A stretch of DNA of 62,337 nucleotides, the filler included, from Rhabdomonas costata (taxonomy: Eukaryota), in the NCBI GenBank assembly GCA_019059605.1. It is 34 parts of 34 records of this genome, joined end to end, with 100 filler letters (N's around TTAATTAATTAA, not from the genome) between each part and the next. Parts side by side here need not be neighbours in the genome. Positions count along the whole stretch, not along the records: positions 51,422 to 53,157 come from JAHMHO010009852.1; positions 53,258 to 54,993 come from JAHMHO010009853.1; positions 55,094 to 56,829 come from JAHMHO010009854.1; positions 56,930 to 58,665 come from JAHMHO010009855.1; positions 58,766 to 60,501 come from JAHMHO010009856.1; positions 60,602 to 62,337 come from JAHMHO010009857.1; 28 more parts are not named here. One strand, written 5' to 3'. Position 1 is the first letter of the stretch; the number at the start of each line of letters is the position of its first letter. The position numbers and the translations under genes are program-made. This document shows positions 52,883-62,337 of the stretch, piece by piece. Under the pieces are notes generated by a model. That model made no database searches, was not told the origin of the DNA, and was given only the letters and a program-made list of their open reading frames with translations.

Positions 52883-54210
52883 CTGCACCCACCGTCCCGC
52901 GTCACATTTCCGCACATCCATTGAACTGAACAAGATCTAAAACCTGGCCAGTATTTGTCACGTATCACACCCACAGCGACTCTGATGACGATAATAAAAG
53001 GTGAGCAGAAGGAGCCGAGCTGTTCATCAGCTGTTCATCAGAAAGGTACTCATAAATATCCCAGGGTTGCATTGCCGCACAAATCCTGATATGCGCATGA
53101 AAAGGCAATACACCCCGCATCGAGATCACCGTCATTAAGAAACAGTACCACAACAACNNNNNNNNNNNNNNNNNNNNNNNNNNNNNNNNNNNNNNNNNNN
53201 NTTAATTAATTAANNNNNNNNNNNNNNNNNNNNNNNNNNNNNNNNNNNNNNNNNNNNGGGGGGTGGTGGGCGCCTTGCTGTATCCTCTATTTATGGGAAA
53301 GACAGACTGACTTCGTTCGGAATTCTGCCTTCAACTATGCGTCATGGTATAAAGAATGTCTCGTTGCACTCCTTTTTGGTGTGGTTGTGTATGGACTGCA
53401 AGCTTGTGTCACGAGCGTTGCGAAATTTTGGGACATTTTGAGTAGTGCGGTCGGTGTTGAGTCGCTCCCACTCTTCCTCCTACAATTCTATTCTCTCTTT
53501 CAATTACTGTTCTCACTTACAAAGCGAATCCAACAGGGTCATCCCGCTGTTTATATCTATCGTTGTCTGTGCTATTATCGAAAGATCGAGCGACCGCTTT
53601 TTGTCGGCTTGTCGTTCCTGGAGCTCCCGCCCTTCGGGAGCGTCCTTTTTTGTTCCTGAAGGGTGTCTTTTATGCTTTTTAATGCGAATGCGTGTTTCTT
53701 TTTCCCTGATTGAACTTGTCATGGTTGGACATGCTGCTTCTGTACTGATGTCCAGAGAGAAGCGGAGACATCCAGCCGACATCTTCTTGAGCTCTCTGTG
53801 GAAGTTGCCCGCCGAGCGTGGGAGACCTCTCGGGGGTCCGTTTTGCTTGCCCAGGCATGCCGCATCCCCAAGCACAAAACGCTGCCTTCTTTCGGAATGC
53901 GTCGCAGGAGAGTACCTTCGCTGGCCTACGACCATGCTGCAGCACTACTGTTCTGAGGAAGCGTGAGATGTCAATTCGATTTCTTCTTTCTCCCCTGAAA
54001 GCAATGCTTGCCGACTGAAATTGTAGTTCTGATACGTGGTGGAAATTTCTTGAGGTTAGGTCATGTTAAGTTGAAAGGTTGAAGTTATGAAGGAAGGGTT
54101 ATAAGGAAGTATTAAGGATGATGAACCTGCGGAGAACATGGGGAAATTTTGTGGGGATGGGGAAATTCTTGAAAAAAACAATATTTCAATAAAGTCATTC
54201 ACTTCGAAAG

Positions 54211-54866
54211 GGCAATGCTCTGCGAGCCGAGCTGGGTCGATGCCAGGCCGTCTTGGCCGAAGCTCAGCAGGCTCGAGACTTAGCTGAGGAAACTTTGACT
54301 CAGGTGTGCTTTTAAAACGTTGACGAGTTTCCTTCTTTTCTGTTCATTAAAATCTTCTTGAGTTTCTTTCGGTTCAGGCTTCCAGTTGATTTCGTTTGCT
54401 TTGTAACAGTTCTTTATTGGCGTCTAGCTCTTGTGATCTCAGAGCAGACGGTCGCACTGCTCTGTTTTTGCAGAGGCAGCTCCAGATACCGTGCGGTGAG
54501 GTTCCCTCGGGTACACAGGCTCTTGAACAACCTCCTTACCTCTCCAACCCCTTTATGGACGAGCCGGACCTCGAGCGGCGCTTGCGAGCTGCTGTCGACT
54601 GCGTTCTTCAGCTTCGATCTGAGAGAAGTGACCTACGAAATCTTTTATCTGCCGTTGCGTCCCGAGAGGCAGATCTGGAGCAACAGTTGGTTTCAGCGAA
54701 GTATAGTTTGACGGTCCTGGAGGCTGCGGTGACCACCGCTGTACGAAACCTTTTGGGTGTTGTGGAAGGCAGTGCAGATTCCATTTCTGGACTTCAGCAA
54801 GAGTATACCGCATCCTCTATCTCGAAGTTGGAACAGCTTGTCACTCAAGTGGTGGAGAGGCTAAAG
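54211..54866 (+). CDS. Coiled-coil protein exons (54211-54303, 54474-54866)
   Basis: Phase-0 join; E/L/R/Q heptads. Confidence 0.6.
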
Positions 54867-55102
54867 GTCTGTTCATTTCTTTTGCTCTTGTCATCGCATT
54901 CTCGCACGATCCGAATATTTCCTCAACTCTCCTCCTCTTTTTCTTTAAGTTTGAACAATTCCAAAATTTCTTCCCATAGGGACGCAACCAAAANNNNNNN
55001 NNNNNNNNNNNNNNNNNNNNNNNNNNNNNNNNNNNNNTTAATTAATTAANNNNNNNNNNNNNNNNNNNNNNNNNNNNNNNNNNNNNNNNNNNNGGGGGTG
55101 GG

Positions 55103-55224
55103 GAATGAATTAGGCTTGAATTGGGCCTCCAATGCAATGTTATTGCAACCCGCATGTCAAATGAGTATGAGTTCGTCGTTGCAATAACATTGCATTGGAG
55201 GCCCAATTCAAGCCTAATTCATTC
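55103..55224. repeat. Perfect 47-bp inverted repeat at the contig start; probable WGA fold-back
   Basis: 55103-55149 / 55178-55224; mismatches only in the terminal G/T primer-like bases. Confidence 0.9.
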
Positions 55225-55733
55225 TCCACACCAATACAGGCCCCGAAACTGCTAAAAGGAACTTTTCAGTTAAAACAAGCGTGCACAAGAAGCAATTGTT
55301 GTGTCATGCCTTCTAGCACCTAAGTGTTAAGGCCACTACTCACTTTTTCACGTCTGAATTATCGTGCAGATGATTCAGATGATCTCAAAAGTTGCTTGTC
55401 TCCCAACTTCCTTGTATCCGGGCCAGAGGACTGAGGGCATTCTGAGAACGTTATCGGGCATGACAAGACACCACGCATGCTCTGGTTTGGCTTGACGAGG
55501 TAGCTTTTTCCCACTGCCCCACCTCCTTTCCAGGTGAACCAAGTTTTTATCGTCTCTCTTGCCTTCGCTTTTCTTCCCGTTCCCCTCCCTTTTTCTGGTG
55601 ATGCTTCCGCCTGCGTGCTTATTCTGCTGACAGGCTGCACTGAGGGGCAGCCCCCACGTCCTGCCTCCTGACCTCCCATTTTCCCACCCCACTCCACTTC
55701 TCACTGTCCTGGTGTGGTGAGAGGTCCCTGAAG

Positions 55734-56446
55734 ATGTCAGTCGACACTGCTGCCCGGATGGTGGCGCTTAGTTTTGGGGTGGTGGCGGTTCTGTTTCTAC
55801 TGGCGGTCATGGCCGTCAGCATTGCCAGCTGCGTTGTGAACAACTGGCTGGAGATGACCTCCGCCCCAGCGTCTACACCCACGCAGCTGATTGGGGCGAC
55901 TCAGGGGTTGTGGCAGGTGCCTGCTATGCAAAGCTTTTCTGTTTGCGCCGCACACAGTGTAAGGTGAATAAAATTTCAGTTAAATGGGTCACAAGCACAA
56001 ACACATACGTTCCTCTGTGTTTCGGGGTGTAATTATCCTCATAAGAAATTTCCACCGAAATTGTAAAATAAAACGAGAAGTTCACGGTAGTTCACGGCTT
56101 TTTAGTGTTGGGTTCCTCCAAGGAGAGCTTGGCTCCAGATAATACCGGCCCGAACTCATGCCCAGCCTTTCTGCGACCGGCCCCACTGGAACAACTGGAA
56201 CTGGCACGGTTCGACATGGGCAAACAATCGCCCTGTCCTTCTCCCAAGGCATGCACCTCGGGGACGTGTTTCAGCATCAGCAACGTGCCGTGGGACAGCG
56301 ACTGCATGCCCATGCTGAACGCCGTGCGGGCCTTCACGATTATCACTAGCGGATTGGCCTTCCTGGCGGTTGTCCCGGAGACCGTCTCTCTGTTCTCCAA
56401 GTCCACCCCCTCCGCGGTGTTTGCGATGGGCTGCTCGGTTTTCGCG
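55734..56446 (+). CDS. Claudin/PMP22/amastin-superfamily tetraspan protein (exons 55734-55916, 56249-56446)
   Basis: TM1, then W...GLWQ|ACTSGTC (W-GLW-C-C signature), then DC..MLNAVRAFTIITS. Confidence 0.8.
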
Positions 56447-56600
56447 GTGCGTGTACGTATCTCTGTATGTGGCTGTTTTTGTTCCATCCTAAAACGGGAC
56501 TTACGATACTAATCAGCTTGGAAACCACAGGGCATGACCTCACCGCTCCTGATGTGCGAGAACGGCGAGTTGCTCTCCTTGTAGTCCTTACAATATTTGT

Positions 56601-56829
56601 TGTTTACAAGAATGTTCGCTGAAGAAAAAGCGGTCATGTGGTTCCCCTTTTTGCTTGAATCCAGTGGACACCATGCGCTCACTCATCTCGTCCCGGGCAG
56701 TGAGTGGGCAATGAGTGGACCAACCCGCGTCTATCTTTTCCGAATGTGTACTGCTCATGTGCTCTGTCGGTTCAAGCAAAAAGGGGAACTACATGACCGC
56801 TTTTTCTTCAGCGAACATTCTTGCAAACA
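56601..56829. repeat. 59-bp inverted repeat with 2 mismatches and a 111-nt spacer (MITE-like or fold-back)
   Basis: 56601-56659 / 56771-56829; runs to the contig end. Confidence 0.85.
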
Positions 56830-57765
56830 NNNNNNNNNNNNNNNNNNNNNNNNNNNNNNNNNNNNNNNNNNNNTTAATTAATTAANNNNNNNNNNNNNNN
56901 NNNNNNNNNNNNNNNNNNNNNNNNNNNNNTTTTTTTTTTCGCCGTTTTTTGGTGCTTTTCCGGTTAATTAGGTCAGCACACTTCCTTCACTCAGACATCG
57001 CTTAACGCGCACCAAACGGGGACTTGAGAATCTGAGTCAACTTCTGTGTGTCTAGTGTTTGCTTTCTTGTAGGGGACAGTGTGGCTCGCTTCTTGTCATT
57101 TTTGGTCTTTTGTTCGTTTCCTCTACACGACGAAGAGTTGTGTGCAAGTTCAAGATTTCTGTCCCTGAACATTGGTTTGCTCGTGTGTTGCCGTCGTCTG
57201 CGGATTTTTTTTTACCCTGCAGCATGGATTGTTTTTCAGAGGATATCAGTATTTTCTTGGTTTTTTGTGTTGCTTTTTACCCTTTCTCGTAAATGTGAAG
57301 TTGAAACCAACGCCGGTTTCTGTCCTGCGTCGATTGGACATCCAATTCTACCCGTTACGTTGGACGGCCGTCCGAATACCCAGCGAAAGCAAAGCTCCTT
57401 AACTCTGCTCCGAGGCTTCAGCAATGATGCAAACAATCCAAAACGGAAAGTGCCTTCTTCTGCTTTGTCGCCGAATCAACTTATGGCCACTTGAGGTTCT
57501 ACCACTCTTATTGAAGTACACCTGACGAAACGCGTCAAGATTATTTCCACTACCTGCTGACATCTTGTCCTCGTCTGAATGACCGTTAGGCCATTATGGT
57601 TTGCTCACAGAAGCCTATTCATGCGCTACTGCAACATTTGGCTCGTATAGTCGTTCTTGGGAATTCTACTGCCGTTTTGGTGATTAAATCGTTCTCGCAT
57701 GTCCACCTTCTTGCCGCGAAACAGTGCCCTTTTACTTTACTTTCCTATTTTAATTCTCACCAACA

Positions 57766-58665
57766 ATGCCTACGTGTGGTCTTCTACCTCGCGCTTCCCG
57801 TGCGTTTCATGCCATTGCGACCTTTGCCACAAACTCAAATGTTCTCATGGTAATTTCTCTCGGTATTTTAATGGGAACCTCCTACGCACTGAGCCATGTC
57901 AACTACATGCTCTTTCACATCTTGGTCGAGCTGTTCAGCGTGATTGTTGCCGCCACAACCGCGATTTTGGCCTTCCACACTCGCCAAATCGCAGACAACG
58001 TGGTATTTATGGCCCTGGGGATTTGCTACGGTGTTACCGGGGCCCTTGACCTTGCCCACGTGCTGACCTACAAAGGAATGAACCTAACGGAATTCGATAA
58101 AAACCCCGATGCCGCAGCCCAGCTGTGGATCGCAGCGCGATTTCTGGAGAGCGCTTCGATGGTGGTGATCATTGCCTTCCACTCGCACCTGAAGGGCAGG
58201 AAGTGGGCCTCGAAGTCGTTCCTGGGGTGCATGCTGCTAGGCACGGTGATGGTGTTTGCGTCGATCTTCTGGTGGCGGAGCTTTCCTGTGTGCAACCCCG
58301 GCACGGGGCTGACGCCATTTAAGAAGGGGATGGAGTTTGTGATATGCGCGGTTTGGGTGGTGGTGCTGTGCCTGCTGCTGTACCCGTGGTGGCCTGTGAA
58401 GGTTGGGTATTGGCTCCGGTACGAGCTGCCCAACATGGGGGCTCACAGCCACCGAAGGCTCATTGCTGGGGTGCTGTTCAGCATCGTAGCGGAGGTTCTG
58501 TTTGCGGTGTACGTGGACGTGTACAGCCTAATCAACATCCTGGGCCACTGCTTCAAAGTGGCTGCGTACACATGCTGGTACCTGGCGATTGTGCGGGAGA
58601 TGCTGGAGGACCCGTACACGGTGCTGTTCTCGTCGATCTGCGAGACGAACAAAGAGCTCCTGGAG
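57766..58665 (+). CDS. MASE3 membrane sensor domain protein, intronless, truncated at the contig end
   Basis: NYMLFHILVELFSVIV, LDLAHVLTYKGM, QLWIAARFLES, GLTPFKKGMEFVI, YVDVYSLINILGHCFKV, LEDPY. Confidence 0.92.
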
Positions 58666-59048
58666 NNNNNNNNNNNNNNNNNNNNNNNNNNNNNNNNNNN
58701 NNNNNNNNNTTAATTAATTAANNNNNNNNNNNNNNNNNNNNNNNNNNNNNNNNNNNNNNNNNNNNGTGTTGGGTGTGGTTGGTGTTGTTGGTGGTATGGT
58801 AGCACTGCTGAGATGAGTTGGATGGCCATTTCTCGGCCTCGGAGTCGTTCTCTACACCGAGATATGACCCCTTCAAGGAGCCATTTTGGTCCTTTTGAGG
58901 GCATTTTCGACTTCGAAATTTTTCAAGGGCCAGGAGGTGCACTTTTCGGATCTTTGCGGGCCTGCGTACAGCTTTCACCCCTGTCACCCTCTTACCTCGC
59001 CTACACTCTTTTTGTTCCCTGGTATTAAATCCTAAACAAAAACAAAAG

Positions 59049-59319
59049 CCTGGGCATCCTGTCCTACGTCAGCGGGTACTTCGCGTCGGAGTGGTCCTTC
59101 ACGAGCTTCCGAGGGCCTGCGGTGCCCTCCATAGCGGCGTTCTTGCCCACCTCTCCGGCCTCCGTGGTGGTGCTTGGGGCGGACTGTACCTACCGCAAAC
59201 TCGCCTTGGACACCCACAAGGGGACCCTGGACGTGTGCGAGCTTAAGCACTTCTCCGAAGGCAGCGGCAGTGATGGCGGTGCAGGGAGCGCAACAGGTGG
59301 TGGCGCTGGGGCTTCTTAG
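59049..59319 (+). CDS. ATG18: ATG18/WIPI (PROPPIN) C-terminal exon
   Basis: GYFASEWSFTSFR...SIAAF...VVVLGADCTYRK matches the end of WIPI3/4 and ATG18. Confidence 0.85.
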
Positions 59320-60270
59320 GCGGGCGTCCCCAAACGGGCCCGGCCATGGTTGGCTCGTAATGAGTGTCCGTCCGTCCGTGCTCACCCGTTGTTGGTTAAC
59401 TTCATTTTCGTTATCCTTCCTGTTTTTTTCTTTTTGGGGCAACCGTAGGCTTGTGTGTTCTTCGGCGCTGTCTCCGATTTTCTTTGCGGAATTAGTTCTT
59501 CTCATCTGCTACAAAGGGGCATTGCGCCCCCGCCGTGTTGCTTTGCTGTGTTGGTGGTGTCCTCCGTGTCCGTGCAGCTTTTTGGCTGTGTCGGCCACGG
59601 CGCATTTTGCGGACAACTGTTGAAGAGTGCGGGGTTTTTGTGGAAAGTCCCTTGTCTGTGGGAATACCCGTTCCCTGGTGACACCTTCCTTCTTTGTTGG
59701 AGGATGTGCATTCCTTTCTGGTCCTGTTTTGCTGTGTTACTAGGTACCAGGAACCCTCAAGGAGGTGTGAGGACACCAAGGGCACGGGGATCATGGTACC
59801 ATCAGATGCCTGGCGCGGAAGTATGGCGCGGAAGGGCAGCAAAGACGGGCACAAAAAGCCACGGGGTTCGAAGCACTTCTTTTTGGGGGAGGGGGTTAAG
59901 CAGCATAGCAATGCTGTTATACCGTATATCATCGTTACACATCAAAAATAAAGTGAACCAGTCTTGAGGGCTCCGCCCCCCGATCCCAGAAGCTTAGATG
60001 CCGCGCACTTCGGACGCGCCGGGCGCTGGCCCAAAAATAAAAAGGTCCCACTCCAAAGCGCATCAGACCGGCCACGTAGAATGGCAAAAAAAACGGGCAG
60101 GGGGGCAGTTATGGCGAAACAGAACAGAAACGTGTCCACTTTCGTCCACACTTGCTGCCACACGTGTAGGTACTATAGATGGACAATCCGCGTGCGACTT
60201 CTGTCTTTCTGTGGCACTTCTGACCTCGTCATCATCAGAGGAGAGGGCTGCAGCACAAGCCTTTGATCCC

Positions 60271-60309
60271 ATCACCACCACCACCACCACCACCACCATC
60301 ACCACCACC
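60271..60309. repeat. (ACC)n microsatellite
   Basis: Directly visible. Confidence 0.95.
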
Positions 60310-60658
60310 TCAGGAAGCATGAGAACAGTCCATCGTTCCACTGGCACAGCAGCAAAAACATGGCATAGTAGGTAGGGGCCTGGTCCCGTTCATATGGGGT
60401 GAGACATTAGAGCAACCACCACAGTACAAAAGGGGTGCTGTGTGTATGTCGGTTTTTCTTAGCAAATACTTTGCCGTTGTTAAACACTCCGCTGTATGGG
60501 TNNNNNNNNNNNNNNNNNNNNNNNNNNNNNNNNNNNNNNNNNNNNTTAATTAATTAANNNNNNNNNNNNNNNNNNNNNNNNNNNNNNNNNNNNNNNNNNN
60601 NTGTGTTGGGTGTGGTGGGTAGCGAGTAGTAGAGCGAGGAGGGGGGCGGGATGCACAC

Positions 60659-60810
60659 GTGGCGTTGTGCAAGGTGCCGATGCAGCGCTGGACCACCCTA
60701 AGGTTGATGGAGTCCTGCAGCAGCAGGATTACCCTCGACAGCACCGCTGGGGCACGAGCCAGGGCCTTCTTGCCCTCGTCAGTGCCACACTGTGTCAGTT
60801 GAGAGAGATA
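60659..60810 (-). CDS. Armadillo/HEAT-repeat-like exon
   Basis: DEGKKALARAPAVLSRVILLLQDSINLRVVQRCIGTLHN; canonical splice sites. Confidence 0.7.
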
Positions 60811-61356
60811 CTGGAGTGGAGATAGTGCAGTGGCACAACGGGGCATCGCACCGCATTCATCAAAAGATGACTGCCCCCCATCTACACAATGTCAAGTTTC
60901 ATAAACTCTTCCAATACAATTCAGTTCAGCCAAATTGAGATGAATCTCATCGTCATTCACAGTTCTTCGTGTCAATACGGGACTTGGCAAACTCAACTCC
61001 CAACAATCATAAGTGGAAAGTTGACTAACGGATTCCCTTTTCGTTGGAGGGCGAAGCCGAAGCAGGCCCGGGGTCTTTAGTACCGTACACACAGTGGGCC
61101 TCCCGAAACGCTCCGTGGCCGGTCCTTGCACCCTCAGGCCGGTGCCCACCCCTGCTCCTTGGCGGCTCTTCCTTTTTGATCTTGTGCCGCCACTTTCCCC
61201 AGCGCAGCGGAGGGTTTATCGAGGGCACCCACAATAATGTAGCACATGGCAGTAATATGACAATGAAATACCAAACCTGCACAGTTCGTCCGCCATAGCA
61301 AAAATCGCTCGCAGTGCTAAACCCCACCCCCTCTCAAATGAAGCTGTCTTACGAAC

Positions 61357-62186
61357 CTTGTTGCCCGAGTCATCGGTGTCCTCGTGCGCGTCCAGGGCCT
61401 GCAGCAACACCGCGCTGTTCTCCGTGAGTAGAAACATCCTCTCCACTCCGTTCTCCAGCACCTCCCCGGGGTGCAGAAAGAACGAGCGCTCTCCACACCG
61501 CACCTGAACGGACACAAGGTACTACACAGGAACAAAGCGGTGCATGCAGGCAGAGAGGGCGCGGTCGGCGCTTGGCTGTGTCTGGCGATCACAGAGTTAC
61601 TGAATTTTTTCGTTTACACTAACTAACTTAGGCGTACTGTACAACAGTAAACACAAGGCCCACCAAGTTTCAGGGAGAAGAGGGCGTGTGAGGGGGGAGG
61701 TTTGACAGGGGAAGGAGAGAAAGAGAGAACGAGAAGAGGGAGATGAACAAGAGAGAGAGATAGCGTGCGGAAAGACGAGAGAGGGCGAAAGGACGGGAAA
61801 GTGGAAGGGATGGATATACCAGCGCCTGCATTGTCGGAGCGGTTGGATGCAATTACGAGGTCGGCATATAAAATCGGTCTGCAATCCTTGTGCTCTGGGG
61901 TAAGAAGACGAATGGCGAGAGGGGGGTCAAAATATGTGTGCCTTCATATGCCCTAAACGGCCGCCCACACAATCACCCAGTTTTATCACAGTTTGGTCGA
62001 CAACTTTAAGCTAGGTTGACCTGTCGGCGGCCCAAGACGATGCTCTGGATCTCGGGATCGTAGCAGTTCACGACAACACAAAACTCGTTCGACTTCAGCA
62101 CGGTGACCTCCCGCTTGGCCACGAGCTTCTCCGTGGGTGTAAGCAGGTAGCTTGCACAATCAGCTCGGGTTACCAGCCACCTCGAC
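61357..62186 (-). CDS. MVP: Major vault protein, repeat region (exons 62021-62186, 61357-61503)
   Basis: WLVT...TVLKSNEFCVVVNCYD...LGRRQ|VRCGERSFFLHPGEVLENGVERMFLLTENSAVLLQAL. Confidence 0.9.
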
Positions 62187-62337
62187 CTGAGAGTTTGCAC
62201 GTGTGTGTGGGGGGGGGGATTTCCAGCGAATGTGGGTGACGCAACGAGGCTTTTGCAAAAGGGAGCGACGGACTGTCAACACTACTACAAAAAGGAGCCG
62301 CTCATATCAAAGGAGCGTTAGAAATATCCAAAAAACA

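Noticed and set aside
55094-55232. Second long perfect hairpin
   Set aside because: Same fold-back signature as 9185-9331
56930-56941. T-run plus CG resembling the 3' end of the Euglena spliced leader
   Set aside because: Too short and at a primer-like contig start
1739-60601. Regularly spaced TTAATTAATTAA palindromes as a repeat or CRISPR-like array
   Set aside because: Synthetic six-frame-stop linker inside N padding
1-62337. Gene neighbourhood as an operon or system (e.g. Rep next to EXS, MASE3 next to ATG18)
   Set aside because: Contigs are concatenated by length, so there is no linkage across spacers
1-62337. G/T-only contig starts and A/C-only ends as telomeres of nanochromosomes
   Set aside because: No fixed repeat unit, ends cut through exons, and the pattern fits degenerate K-primer amplification

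Overview
This is not a contiguous locus. It is 34 unrelated contigs of about 1.73-1.74 kb, joined by artificial N44-TTAATTAATTAA-N44 spacers, so adjacency across spacers means nothing. Most contigs start with G/T-only and end with A/C-only bases, typical of K-primer whole-genome amplification. The DNA comes from an intron-rich eukaryote, probably a free-living protist. A euglenozoan is plausible but unproven (MVP, an amastin/claudin-like gene, a CRE-like retroelement). Recognisable exons include DGK, eIF4G, DEX1, a USP47/USP7-like DUB, an EXS (XPR1/PHO1) protein, a C1A protease, RPT3, a WSC domain, ILVBL, a claudin/amastin-like protein, ATG18/WIPI and MVP. The most unusual item is a decayed CRESS-DNA-like rolling-circle Rep (HUH endonuclease plus SF3 helicase) with a spliceosomal intron and an origin-like hairpin upstream. 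Also notable: an intronless prokaryote-type MASE3 sensor in eukaryotic-looking flanks, a degenerate CRE-type non-LTR element, a recently duplicated symmetric exon, and several atypical splice sites. All family calls come from motif recognition by eye, not database searches.
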